NCBI GenBank assembly: GCA_951406725.2
Contig: OX597822.1
Location: 69,750,001 to 69,814,000 of the forward strand
DNA length: 64,000 nucleotides
From: Octopus vulgaris
Taxonomy: Eukaryota
Direction of reading: 5' to 3'
The translations under genes and the position numbers were made by a program. The notes beneath the pieces are model-generated. The model was not told where the DNA came from and did no database searches. It saw only the letters and a program-made list of their open reading frames with translations. This document shows, piece after piece, positions 1-12,903 of the stretch (positions are counted from its first letter, which is position 1; each line of letters starts with the position of its first letter).

Positions 1-371
1 TGTTTTGATATAGCATGATTAGAGTAAATGAATGCCCTTTGTTTCCGATATCCCATGAAAACATGTCTGGGCAGGGGGGAAATATTACCTTACTTGAAAA
101 CAGGCAAGGATTAGCAACAGGAAGGACATATGGCTGTAGAAAACCTGCCTCAATAAACTCCAACTGAGTCATGGAAGCATGAAAAAGTGGACATTAAAAC
201 AATGATAATAAAGAAAAAAACAAAAATCCAAAGAATTTTTCACATCCTTCCCAAATATCCTTATCCAAAAAAAAAAAAAGAAAAACCCCTTTTAATTTCA
301 TTTCCCATAGCAAAGAAATAAACAATGGCAAACAAAGAAATCACTTTAAAAATATCAGTTTCTCCACTTAC

Positions 372-526
372 TGCTCGAACTAATGCAGAACCAGTCTCCA
401 TGGATTTCAGGCGAGTGTCTCCAATTTTTATTGAGATTATCTGAGCTCCTGGTGCCACACCATTTCTTTCTGGAGACTCAGGAAAATATCCAGCAGCTAT
501 ACATCCTACATGTGTTCCATGAGAGC
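372..526 (-). CDS. TPP2: TPP2 exon 7 with catalytic His ([52 protein letters not shown]); gene continues beyond the window start
   Basis: cttag acceptor and GCA|gtaagt donor; 155 nt. Subtilase HGTHV motif plus TPP2 motif [18 protein letters not shown]. Confidence 0.96.
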
Positions 527-1207
527 CTAAGACACACACACAAAAAAAAAATATGTAACAGGTTACAGTTTGTCAATAGAATAATTCAAGCTGGGAAGAG
601 GTTGGGGTGTACAGGGACATGGTGTGCTGATATCTTTTATCCTTTACTCCTTTCAGTCACTGGACTATGGCCATGCTGGGACACCAGCTCAAAGGGATTA
701 GTCCAAACAAATTGACTTCAGAGCTTCTTTTAAGTTTAGTTCTTCTATCAGTCTCTTTTACTGACCCAATACCTTACAGGGATGTAAACAAACCAACACC
801 ATTTGGAGGGATACAAACATAACACCGTACATATTTTACACACACATACACAGAGGCTTTCACACAGTTTCTGTATACCAAATAACCAAGGCTTTGGTCA
901 GTGCAAGGCTACAGTAGAAAACACTTGCCCAAGGTGGCATGCAGTAAGACTGAACCCAAAACCATGTGGTTGCAAAATGGGTTTCTTAACCACACAGCCA
1001 TTTGGAAGAAATTGTTTACTAAAATATTGTGCTTATATGAGGAGAAGGATCAGAGAATGGTGTGTGGTATAGGGATATGAAAAATCTCAAGTGAGAGATA
1101 AAGAGGCAGAGATAAAAAAAGTTAATTTGCAAATGACAGAAGGAAAGTGCAGAGACAGACAGACAAGAAGGTGCAGAGGCTAGTGATTAAAGAACGGGAT
1201 AACTTAC

Positions 1208-1273
1208 CAGCATTTGTTACAATCTCCAAAAGAGTACCATTGTTGTGAATGTTCACAGAAAAGTTGAGCATAT
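1208..1273 (-). CDS. TPP2: TPP2 exon 6 (DMLNFSVNIHNNGTLLEIVTNA)
   Basis: atccag acceptor and G|gtaagt donor; 66 nt, phase 1/1. TPP2 motif MLN.SVNI...G.LL.IVT. Confidence 0.94.
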
Positions 1274-3540
1274 CTGGATTAAAGAAAACAGTAGTATGTT
1301 GAAAAGTCTAACAGTTAGTTACATATAAAATGTATCAGTTATAAACTGAAAAACAGAATCTCCTGAAATTACTGGCCTCGTGACAATATTGGAAATAATA
1401 TATTTTCTGCAATAAACATGACATTTTTACATCTTATTGACAAACGTGAGATGTTAAATTTCTGAGATGTCAACTGGCTGTGTTCCAAAAAAGGAGCTTG
1501 TAAGTCAGTCAGGAGCAGCCTGCATCCAGTGGAACTTTCTGAATGGCATGCCTAAAGGAAAAATTACTTGAATTTTTATAGTAATGTAGCCCACCTGATG
1601 AGGAGCCATGTCTCATGCAGCCCACTTTTTGACAAAGATTGCCCATGCCTGGCCCTAAGCAGTCAATCAACCTACTAGGAATAGCAATCAAATTCTCTCA
1701 GATCACATGCACCCAGTGTCTTAAAAGAAAAAAAATACACTCCTAGTTATCATAAAAGGTAGGAACACCTTTGGCCATATGTGTATTTGATCAGGACTAA
1801 CCTGGGGCTAAGTAAAATCAATTGGACATATCTGTGAAATCTTAACTCATCCCACCAAATGTATTAAAACTCAAGTCTTTTAGATATCAATTCTCAACAT
1901 ATCATCTTCACTGTTTTAACACCTATTTTTACACATGTATAGATCAGATGAAACTCAATTCGGGCAGATTTTCTACAACCAGATACTCTTCTTGCTGCCA
2001 ACCTTCTTCTGTATCCAAGTAAGGTAATATTTTTCCCTACTCTAAACGTGTTCTTACAGAAGATTGCAAAGAAACAACATTGCTTAGATGATAGTAATGT
2101 TTGTCTACAATTAGTGCCAAATGTCAAGACAAAGACACACACACACACACATGCACATACATGCATACACACAAACATATACATGACAGATTTTGTTTCA
2201 ATTTGCATCTCCCAAATCCCATCACAAGGCTTTGGTTAGCCAGGGGCTAGAGAGAAAGGCATTTGTCCAAAGTGCTACACAGTAAGATGGAACCCAAAAT
2301 CACTTGGTTGTGAAGCAAATTTAACCATTAATCCATGCCTGCATCTGGAACTATGCCTGTGCCAACAGCCACACCCAATATATTAAAAATTAAATATATC
2401 ACAGGCCTGTGTGGATAAGGTCACTTTTCAACTTCATGGTTTTAGGTTCAGTTCCACAGCAAGGCATCTTGGGCAAGTGTCTGCAACAATCCCAGGTCAA
2501 TCAAATCTTTATGAGTGGATCTGGTAAACCAAAACTTAAAGAAGCCCACTAGTATTTCATGCAAGCAAGATTGCTTGTTTCCAGTATTCCACAAAAAGTA
2601 TGACTAGCCATGGGAAAATATTACCCTGCCTTGAAACAAGCGAGGGCTAGCAAAAGAATGGGCATCTGGCTGTAGAAAACCTGTCTCAATAAATTCCACC
2701 TAACCCATACCCATGTGAACATAGAAAAGTGGATGTTAAATGATAATGAGTTCTTTTACATCTTAACCATTATTTGCAAAGACCAGTTGAGGAAAGTGAA
2801 ATCGAAGTCGGAATCAAACTCGATTGCGAAAACCTGTCGAGGCATGTGAAATTGAAATCAAACTCGGTGACTGGCATCCGTTGCTAGTGGAGCGCTAAGA
2901 GTACCATACGAGCGAGATCGTTGCCAGAGCAACAAACTGGCCTTCGTGCCGATGGCACATTAAATACACCATTCGAGCGTGATTGTTACCTGTGTCACCT
3001 TACTAGCACTTCTGCTGGTGGCACATGAAAAAAAAACATTCGAGCGAGGTCATCGCCAGTGCCGCTAGACTGGCTCCTGTGCAGGTGACACATAAAAAGC
3101 ACCATTTGAGTGTGGCCGTTGCCAGTACCACCAAACTGGCCCTCGTGCCAGTGGCACATAAAAGTACCCACTACACTCTCGGAATGGTTGGTGTTAGGAA
3201 GGGCATCCAGCTGTAGAAACTCTGCCAGGTCAGATTGGAATCTGGTTCGCCAGACCTCAGTCAAATCGTCCAACCCATGCTAGCATGGAAAGCGGACGTT
3301 AAATGATGATGATGATGTATTAAGATATTTCAAAAAACTTTAAATATTAACAATCCAACATCTTTCTTAATTATGTTGTTATTCCTATAATCTTCAATAC
3401 AGAACAACTCCCTTTCTCATAAAGCTGTAAGAAAATGAATAAAGACAATAAAAAAAAACAGAAAAAAAAATTAACATTTAAAAAATTAAGAGTCAGTCGT
3501 AGTTGTTACGGAAAAGAAATTACAAGATGGGACAATCTAC

Positions 3541-3638
3541 CTGCGTAACTTAATCGAGCAAATTTCCGTTCTTCTCGGTAACTAGCCAACAGCTCACACT
3601 GATCTAGTTGGCCTTTCTCACTTGTATCAATACAGGCC
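3541..3638 (-). CDS. TPP2: TPP2 exon 5 (ACIDTSEKGQLDQCELLASYREERKFARLSYA)
   Basis: tttcag acceptor and G|gtagat donor; 98 nt, phase 2/1, compatible with both neighbours. WR|ACID motif spans the junction. Confidence 0.92.
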
Positions 3639-4725
3639 CTGAAATTGAAGAGAATATATTTTGAACTGAAACAAAAGCCATGCTACATCTTGGCAAGAAA
3701 AAGGCTCAGGGAACACTACAAAGGATTAACCACAGGACATCCTCCATCACCATCACGCTTAAGAGAAGTGCAGCTGCTTCAACTTTGTTTTAATGTCTCC
3801 TTTTCCATGCTTGCAGGTGTCAGCTGGAGTTTATTGAGGCAGATTACCTATTGTTGGATGCCTTTCCTGTTGCCAGCCTTTTACTGGTTTCCAAGCAAGG
3901 TAATATTTCCCCATGACAAGACATGTTTTCTTTGGAAGAGTAGAAATGAACAATATCACTTGTAAGATGGTGATCCCCGTATACAACCATCACGTGATGT
4001 CAAGACAAAGATATGCAGAAACACACACACAAATTTCATTTGTTCCATTTAAGCATGGACAAGTGGACATTAACACATTAACTGCCACATGTACCATTGG
4101 TAGCTCATTGCAAACCTCACACAACCACCATATGCACCACCAGAGAAACATTTTCATAATTTGAGAAAATATTTTATTCTGTATCTTTGACTGGCTTTTG
4201 AGGATATTCAAATAAAAAGCACCCACTACACTCACGGAGTGGTTGGCGTTAGGAAGGGCATCCAGCTGTAGAAACATTGTCAGATAAGACTGGAGCCTGG
4301 TGCAGCCTTCTGGCTTCCCAGATCCCCGGCCGAACCGTCCAACCCATGCTAGCATAGAGAACGGACGTTAAACGATGATGATGATGATGAAAGTGAAATA
4401 TCAAAGTTCAATTATGAAATATTGTAAAAATGCAAAACAAATTATATTTCCTTGTAATTAAAAAGTATGTAGTGTGACTGTATAAAATACGCGACATCAC
4501 CATTAAGTTCCAGTAACAGGCCATGGTGATTAACATGTTTAATGATGATAATTAGAATGTGTTCGCTAGTTCTGTTAATGTAAGCACACAATACTATGCT
4601 CACTGTGCATCACGTAAGCTCACAATAACTGAACACGCTATAGCTACATCAGTCACAACATACGAGATCAAGATGTCAACCTAACAACCATACTATCATA
4701 AGATCAAATTTTACTAAAACTTATT

Positions 4726-5107
4726 TACATTATTTACATTTTACGGATATTTGTCGTCATCTTGTTAGTTGTTAACACAACGTTTCGGCTGATATACCCT
4801 CCAGCCTTCATCAGGTGTCTTGGAGAAATTTCGAACTAGGGTTCTATTTCCTAAGGTATTTTTCGATGTTATTATTATTATTCCAGGTCACTGCCTGGAA
4901 TTGAACTCGGAATCTTGGGGTTAATAGCCCACGCTCTTAATCACTATGCTATATGCCCGCCCTTGGGTATATGGCATAGTGGATAAGACACCTGATGAAG
5001 GCTGGAGAGTATATCAGCTGAAACGGTGTGTTAACAACAAGATGAGGACAAATATCTGTCAAATGTAAATAATGTACATAATTCCTCATCTCTTAAATAT
5101 AGAACTG
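4726..5107. mobile_element. Fold-back Penelope-like non-autonomous element with a tRNA-like segment and a hammerhead motif
   Basis: Inverted arms at ~4726-4821 and 4985-5076, plus a ~30-nt tail. Imperfect TSD tttactaaaacttatt (4710-4725) / tttactaaagctatt (5110-5124). tRNA-like A and B boxes on the minus strand at ~4882-4958. Confidence 0.7.
4774..4819 (-). ncRNA. Minimal type I hammerhead ribozyme
   Basis: GACAC-CUGAUGA-A-GGCUG(gagggtatat)CAGCC-GAAA-CG-UU-GUGUU, with palindromic stem III AACGUU. A mutated copy lies on + at 4987-5032 (GAAACGGT). Confidence 0.8.
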
Positions 5108-5511
5108 TATTTACTAAAGCTATTGTGTTGTGATTCTTGGTAATGTAAGTACCCTTACTTTAATTGCCAAACTACCAACAGATTTCTATCCATTCCAATG
5201 ATCAGCAGTAATAAAAACACCCAATTTCAAAAACATATTTCATCCAATGATATGCAATTACCCTAATTTTGAAAACTCACCCACCCATTAAAATAAATGT
5301 AAAACAAGAAACTTTTAAGGACCAAAACCTTAACTTAGATTTTACAGGATTAAGCAGACAAAAGTGACACAGTACCAATTCCACTTGCCCTCTTATAATT
5401 TCTAATAAAAGAAATGCTCACAGAAATATCTCCTTCGGTACAATGATTAACACAAGTTACTATTATCATCAACATTAAGATTTTTATTAATTGGTGAGAA
5501 AATATATTTAC

Positions 5512-5636
5512 CTCCACGTCTCTCCATCATGGAATACAACACAATCAAAAACAGGACCACAGTCATTGTGTTTTTTGTCTAAATTGTTTAAAATCTCAAT
5601 CTGGTTAGTCAAGTCTTCACGGACATTTAACTCATC
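5512..5636 (-). CDS. TPP2: TPP2 exon 4 (DELNVREDLTNQIEILNNLDKKHNDCGPVFDCVVFHDGETWR)
   Basis: Not in the ORF track; translated by hand. ttttag acceptor and AG|gtaaat donor; 125 nt, phase 0/2. TPP2 motif GPV.DC.V.HDGE.WR. Confidence 0.94.
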
Positions 5637-5779
5637 CTAAAATGAATTTTAAAGATAAAATAGAATAACAAACCAATTTTCACAATTAGAATACTCACAA
5701 GCACTTAGCTTTCTGGTACAAAAATAATATATATAACACTAGACATGACAATAGCAATACTGCCTTTACATTTTAAATT

Positions 5780-6213
5780 CAGCTCAATACCAGTTGCTTG
5801 ACCTTCACCAGTCAAGCATGTCCCTTAGTGACTGACAATATGCGCATCTCTGATCACAAGCAGGAGCATTATAGCCACATGTTGAGAGGAATTCTTCAGG
5901 GTTTGAATAATTCTTCTCCGGAAACATGGGTGGTTTATTCACCATCCTTAAACAATCCTTATTCAGGGACCTTTTGAGCAGGATGGGCTACTCAACCTGA
6001 AGAAAATTCTAACTGTGCCTCACCTACAAGGTGATGTGCTGTTTATTTTGATATGAGATCATCATGTCGCATACATATGGTTGTGATGCATGTGCCTGGT
6101 GTACTCTTGTCAGATGGGTGGTCATGATGGGAATATTGGGCTTCATATATGTGTACTCCACTGTCATTTTGATGTCATGCATTGCTCTCTCACTCAATAA
6201 TAATAATAACAAT
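5780..6213 (+). repeat. Interspersed repeat ending in (AAT)n; second copy at 7192-7950
   Basis: Near-identical ~430-nt sequence recurs at ~7495-7950. Both end in ctctc(t)cactcaataataat. Probably the 3' region of, or a partner to, an R4/Dong-type element (inference). Confidence 0.7.
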
Positions 6214-6217
6214 AATG

Positions 6218-6890
6218 GCACGATAACATGGCTAAATTCATTCACTGGAGGCTATGTGAAAAGTTCAGCCTGGACAGAACATGGAAATGGTACGAACATG
6301 AAACAGAAGGAATTACCGAGAACAAGGAATATAAGATATTGTGGGATTTTATCATCCAGTGTGACTCCATAGTCGATGCTCAGATATTGTTGTGGTAGAT
6401 AAAGGATAAAAGGAAACCATGATTAGAGCAGATTGAGTGACCATGTATAGGTTCCCTTGTTGGCTTGTGGCTAGTGAATAATACCTGGGGATGCACACAC
6501 AAGAGACAAAGAGCGAGAAAAAATTATAAAGTACAGACTATTAAAAGACGAAATTGCAAGAATGTGGACTATGGGGTGAGTGTCTGTCATTCATGTAATT
6601 GTAGGGGCACTCAGAGCACAAACAACCAAGTTCAAGAAATATATCAGAGAAATCGGAATTTGCATGAGAGCAGAGCAAGCCCAAATAATTGCTTTGCTGG
6701 GGACAGCTGAGATTTTGATATTGGTACTTGAATGTTGAATATCTCCCACAATAATTAACAACCAAGCATCAAAGCTTAAAATGGGCAGAAGAGACCCTCT
6801 GACAGCAGGCTGCTGCTCACTCTCTCAGAATCTACCAGAGCAAACAAGACCGAGTGCTCTGAGAAATAAAACAACAATAATAATAATAAT
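6218..6890 (+). mobile_element. Degenerate R4/Dong-clade non-LTR retrotransposon 3' end (restriction-like endonuclease) in (AAT)n
   Basis: Hand translation with frameshifts: HDNMAKFIHWRLCEKF..WYEHETEGITENKEYKILWDFIIQCD..DIVVVDK..EKIIKYRLLKDEIARMW..VIVGAL..ALLGTA. Flanked by AAT repeats. Confidence 0.8.
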
Positions 6891-7115
6891 AATAACAATA
6901 TTCCTTTCTACTAAAGGCACAAGGCCTGGATTTTTGTGGGGAGGGGGAAAATTGATCACATTGACCCCAGTACTTGACTAGCACTTGATTTATCCATCCC
7001 AAAAAGATGAAAGGCAAAGTCAAACTTGGCAGAATTTGAACTCAGAAGATAGCAATGGGCGAAATACTGCTCAGCATGTTGCCCGGCATGCTAATGAATC
7101 TGCCAGCTCACTGCC

Positions 7116-7149
<34 letters not shown>

Positions 7150-7153
7150 TAAC

Positions 7154-7188
<35 letters not shown>

Positions 7189-7316
7189 TAAATGCCCTGA
7201 TGCAGTACCAGGCAGTGGCTCTCATGGTTTCTGATCTTAACTGATTGGAAGTGTTATTATGTACATTGTTTTGTCTTGGTATAAAAGATAGGCTACAGCA
7301 AATATTCTGCTCAATA

Positions 7317-7492
7317 ACTATTTCTTTACTGCCCACAAGGGGCTACACACAGAGGGGACAAACAAGGACAGACAAACGGATTAAGTCGATTACATCGACC
7401 CCAGTGCATAACTAGTACTTAATTTATCGACCCCAAAAGGATGAAAAGCAAAGTCGACCTCGGCGGAAATTGAACTCAGAACGTAACGGGAA
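7317..7492 (-). mobile_element. 5'-truncated family-B SINE nested in the (AAT)n-tailed repeat
   Basis: 11-bp TSD tctgctcaata at 7306-7316 and 7493-7503. Matches the copy at 60232-60464. Confidence 0.8.
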
Positions 7493-8212
7493 TCTGCTCA
7501 ATACCATAGATTTGTTTGTCAGTTGTTTGACCGTAACCTGTTGACCATGTCTCTTAGTGGCTGACGATATGTGCATCTCTGATCACGAGTAGAAGTAGTG
7601 GGGGAGCATCATAGCCATGTATTGAAAGGAATTCTTGGAGGTTTGGATAATTCACCTTTGGAAACATGGGAGTTTCGTTCAACATCCTTAAACATTCCTT
7701 ATTCAGAGACCTTTTGAGCGGGATGGATTACTCAACAAGAAAATTCTAACTGTGCCCCACCTGCAAGGTCATGCGCTGTTTATCTTGTTATGAGATCACC
7801 ATGTCGCGCACATGTGGTTGTGATGCATGTGCCTGGTGTACCCTTATCAGACGGGTAGTCATGATGGGTAACTGAGCTTCGTATCTTTTGCCACAGTGTC
7901 ACTTTGATGGCATGCACTGCTCTCTAACTCAATAATAATAATAATAATAGTAATCCTTTCTACTAGAAGCACAAGGCCTCAAATCTGGGGGAAGGGATTA
8001 AGTCAATTACACTGACCCAGTGCATAACTGGTACTTACTTAATCGACCCCGAAAGGATGAAAGGCAGTCAACCTTGGCAGAATTTGAACTCAGAGCGTGA
8101 AGATGGAAGAAATATCACAAAGCCTTTTGGCCAGTGTGCTAACAATTCTGCCAGCTCACTGCCTTCATAACAATAATAACAATAACAATAATAATAATAA
8201 TAATAATAATAA

Positions 8213-8690
8213 TAAAGACTTCAGACAAAAATCATGCCTCCTCATTGATATGACTGTCCCAATTGATATAAACATATCTGTCAAGACCTACCAAAAACTG
8301 AGGAAGTATAAAGATCTTGAAATAGAAATTGGTAAAATGTGGAACTTGAAGACTAAAACAATACCTGTTGTCATAGGTGCCCAGGGAATGATAGCAAAAG
8401 GGGCTGATTGCTACCTAGCTCAGATACCAGGAAACCCCAAAATGGCAGAAATTCAAAAGATAGTGCTCATGGGAACTGCTCATATCCTACGCAAAATACT
8501 TTCTATGTAATCTCAAGTTTTAAAACAAGCATAATTTTCTTATGGTATCTTTAACATTCACTAGTACAACACTAAGTACAAAACCAAATATATGGCACCC
8601 TAGGCATAACACCAACATGAACTTCCAACTTGTTGTCTCTTGAGGTCTCTGGGTGAGACTTGGAGCCAACTTGTAAAGCAAAAGTCAAAC
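8213..8690 (+). mobile_element. R4/Dong-clade retrotransposon 3' fragment (REL endonuclease C-terminus plus 3'UTR) in (AAT)n
   Basis: KSCLLIDMTVPIDINISVKTYQKLRKYKDLEIEIGKMWNLKTKTIPVVIGAQG..IQKIVLMGTAHILRKILSM*. AAT runs on both sides. Confidence 0.85.
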
Positions 8691-8765
8691 ATATAATAAT
8701 AATAATAACAACAATAATAATAATGGAAGTTGTTTTACTCCAAAGTAAATTTCTAAATTTCTTAC

Positions 8766-8966
8766 TGGGTTAGGATATGGATGTAAAGCATCAAACTCTT
8801 CGAGTTTACGTGTCACTTCAGCCAAAGCTAACCGATGAGGTGGACTCCAAAGACGATCTGTACGTTCCTTGCTGATTCGCTCTTTAAGAGTTTTAGGATA
8901 GAGATCATAAGCATTCTTAATTCCAATATAGTACTGTCCTGTTGGATTATTCCAAGATTCAGGAAT
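8766..8966 (-). CDS. TPP2: TPP2 exon 3 (IPESWNNPTGQYYIGIKNAYDLYPKTLKERISKER...EEFDALHPYPNP)
   Basis: Polypyrimidine tract plus tttcag acceptor; CCA|gtaag donor; 201 nt in frame. TPP2-like IP.SW.NP.G.Y.IGIKN.YD.YPK.LKER. Confidence 0.95.
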
Positions 8967-11821
8967 CTGAAACACAAAGAAAAAAAAAAAAATTTTAAGA
9001 TATAATTCTTTTCTTTTTTTTATTTTGTTTACCATTGTTTATAATGGATACATCAATCAGTGACAAAAATCAAAGAAATTAAAGGCAACCAAAAATGATA
9101 CAGAAAGATTTATTGGACACCACTCTTGGAATTAATTAGTTAAGGTATTTGGGAACAAACAATATACTTTGAGGGCACAGACACGGCTGTATGGTTAGGT
9201 GCAAGGCATGGTTGAATAGTTGAGAAGTCCACTTTGTTCTGAGTTCATTCCCACTGCGTATCTTCTACTATAGCCCCAGGCCAACCAATGCCTTGTCAAT
9301 GAAGTTGATAGACAGAACTTATACAGAAGCCTGTCATGAGGAAGTGAGAGAGAGGGAGGAAGTGTGTGTTTTGTTTTGTTTTGTTTTTTACATCAGTGTT
9401 TACTTCTTCAAACGTTACAATATTCAGAGGATGCTATTGTTGGTACTTCCCTTCTCAATAGCTTCTCACTCACTTTGTGCCTTCAAAGCCATGTGGAATA
9501 AGAAAACCTTTATTTGAAAGACAAGGGTCAACATTGGAAAGGGCATCCAGCTGCAAAACAATGCCTCAATAACATATTCATCTAACCCATGCTAGCATGG
9601 AAAAAGGGCAAGAGAATGAATGAATGACTATGATGTGATGTGATGCATCTAGTGAAGTTAGTGTTTGCAAACCTCTTGCTTTTGATGACCAGCTGATATC
9701 TGAGAATAGGTAGTAGCCTAGTCTTCCAATTTCCCCAGCCAGTGCACAGTCTCTCTTTTACCAACACTCAGGCAAAACCTCCCCATGGCTGCACATGTTA
9801 AATAAGAGCCTTGAAACCTCAGTTTCACTTCGTGTGAAATCTCAAAGCAGCAGTGAGCCCCAATGGTATGCAAGTCAATCTGAGTGAATATGTGCTGATA
9901 TTTATCAATCACTGCCAATAAGTCCAGGAAGATAAAAGCCATGAGAGCACTCACTGAGAGAACAGCAACTGTGGAAATTTTGGGTAGTTTCTAAAAGACT
10001 GGATTTCTGGCAGCCTCTTGTAACAGCAATGAGGTACCCGTTGTCATCTTGGGTCAGGGCCTACCACTTTAGTGATAAAGGGAAAAGCTGCAATCCTATT
10101 CCCACCACCATGCTACTATAAAGCTTTATTGCACAGGTATCTTCTTCTGCAATGTAGATCACGGATCTCTCACAAGTCTGAGAGTGATGAAAAGTCTGAA
10201 AATGGGAACAAGTTTAAATATACAAAAAGCCTCCAATCAGAACTGTACACATCAGTGGGCAGGGCAGTGACCAGTGACAGATGGGATTAAGTGGAAGCAG
10301 CCTCTGACATATCTCTGAGTGACTAAGCTACCCTATCCAGGGACCACAGTATTCATGTTAAATGGGGAAGGCCTAAAAATTAGCCTCTCAGTTCAATTCC
10401 TGGACAGGAAACAACCATGCCTGCTAGGAAAGGCAAGTTTTCCTGTTCAGGAATAGTGGTTATAAAACTACAAATATTATACTACTCAGGCTTATCATAT
10501 GGAATATACCAACATTGCTTGATGCTGGTAACTCAACAAGTTTTCCTGGGTGTTGAACAGCTCCAACAGTCAGAGATCTAAGGAGCTACAGTACAGAAAT
10601 TGCTGCACTCTATGAAATCAGGTTACTTGGATAGGATTCTCTTGAAGAGGTTGATGAGAGAAGAGCAAACATCACCATGGCATTATCTTTACTGTGGAGG
10701 AAAAGGCGCCATTTAAACTGACTGATACATTGACTGGCATTAATGGGCAGCAATGTAACTTCATGTTTTCCTTGCAAAGAGCCATTGTCATGTTACCAAG
10801 TAGCTAAGTACCAATTTTACCATTTGATAGTCAGAACAAAGACCTTTTCTATCAGAGATGAGATCAGGCAGTAACAAAAATATCACAAGACTGTCATCCA
10901 AATGAGTGATTTTAATGTAAGAATAGGGAGTAGATAGAAACCATGACATCGGGAAAAATAACAGCAATAGCATAAAACCTCTTTTCTACGAGTAGATCAG
11001 GACATAAACATAGATCCTCCAAAACACTGGCATCTAACTACCTCATGATCCAGCAAGTAGACCTGAAGGGTATTCTAATCAGCCATGCATTGAGAAAAGA
11101 TGAGTGTTAGCTGGATCATCACAGAATATTGATTTCAAATTTTAGCACAAGGCCAGCAATTTCGGTGGAGAGGATAAGTCAATTACATCGAACCCAGAAT
11201 TCAACTGGTTTTATAGACGCTGAAAGGCAAAGTCAACCTCGGTGGTTTTTTAACTGAAAACATAAAGGCAGACAAAATGCCACTAAGCTTTTCACAAAGC
11301 ATGCTCACAATTCTGCCAGCTCACTGCTGGATTGTTATATAATATTGAAATCAACTACTACAACTTTAAGAATTTTGATAACTGTAAGAATTTCTATCAC
11401 TCTCTAGCTGCCAAACTGGTAACTTCAGAAACTGATATGGATGATAAAAACTCAAGAACTTCTGATACATATAGGAAGGCATAACATGAATAATTTCTAT
11501 AAGCCAATACAGACTCTTTGCAACCTGAGAATTGCTCCATGGCACCAAGCAAGTCATCAGACAACACTTCTCTACTGAAAGACCCAGTTTACTGGAATAA
11601 AATACTGGGAGAAAACCTTCACAGCTAGTTTTTATTGTCATTTTGCCAGTATACTTGTAGTTTATGTACAATTTTGAAGAGCATGGCTTTGAATTAAATG
11701 CGTTATTAACAAATATAGCTGTCTATGAACGATATTACATTGATGAGAGAGAAAGAGACAGAGAAATATGAGAGAGAGATAGAGAGAGATAAATAAAATA
11801 GATATATAATAATAATAATAA

Positions 11822-12226
11822 TATGAGGGAATATTATTCCACATTTACAGGGAAAAATTCAATTTAGAAATACTAAATCAAATTTCACTAAATATAATAT
11901 ATATACATAAATTAGAAAAAACCCACCTTTTATCAATTCAATAATGAAAAATTAAATTATACCATCTAGAAAAATTACATCTTATAGAAAGATTAAATAA
12001 AAGACAAAACATATTTTACTATTATCATTTCTTAAATATAGCCATGAAACACGTGTTATTATTCTACCAAATATATACGTTTTATTTATTATTTTGCACA
12101 TTACTTAATCATTGTTATATGTTTTATCTTATATTTAATCTTTCTATAAGATGTAATTTTTCTAGATGGTATAATTTAATTTTTCATTATTGAACTGATA
12201 AAAGGCGGGGGTTTTTTCTAATTTAT
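11822..12226. mobile_element. Fold-back Penelope-like element with a partial hammerhead
   Basis: Inverted arms at 11907-12014 and 12117-12226, plus a one-sided extension at 11822-11906. The spacer holds GAAACACGTGTTA (12046-12058) but no CUGANGA half. Confidence 0.6.
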
Positions 12227-12865
12227 ATATAAAATAGATATATAAATACATATGCACACACATCAATACATGTCTGGATATGATGATTAAAGGGAAAAGC
12301 CCTTTCATGTATATAGAATGTATAACTTTAACTGGATTTGAACCTTCTCCTCTATGCTCTACTTGTGGTAAAAATAAAAATGTGCTACCTTCACATCAGG
12401 TGGAAGGCAAAATGAAAGTAAAATGACATGCCAGCTGAATGACACAAAAACGCAGTACAATATACCATTCGATTTCTAAGAATCACACATCCCCTATGAA
12501 AATTGTAAAACATTATCATATTTGAAGGTCAAGGTCAAATATGACAAATATACACACAATGTTATTTTAGTAGCATATATTCGTAAATACAAGGAGCAGC
12601 TTTTCTATCAAATGTGTTAAATTGAAGACACAAATGCAGTCACATTTAATGTTTATTTAATGTCTATTAATATGATTTTCCAACAAATTATATCTCTCCT
12701 ACCCCTCTCCCTCAACACCACCACACATCCCACCATTTTCATTTACTGTGCCTGCCCCCACCTCTCTCTCTCTCTCTTCATCCACCCCTGAAATCTACCT
12801 GATAGCACATCAGCTGTTTACAGTATCATTGTCTCTATTCTGCTGCCCCACACCAGACATCAACA

Positions 12866-12903
<38 letters not shown>

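Noticed and set aside
1590-1625. cccacCTGATGAggagccatgtctc as a hammerhead
   Set aside because: No downstream GAAA or stem III, and no stem I partner.
8766-8966. Possible intron gain or loss relative to vertebrate TPP2
   Set aside because: Needs the reference exon map, which I cannot verify here.
9640-11130. Balanced-composition stretch (similar at ~29840-30470) as a nested gene
   Set aside because: No open frame with recognisable motifs. Probably old LINE debris, but I cannot assign it.
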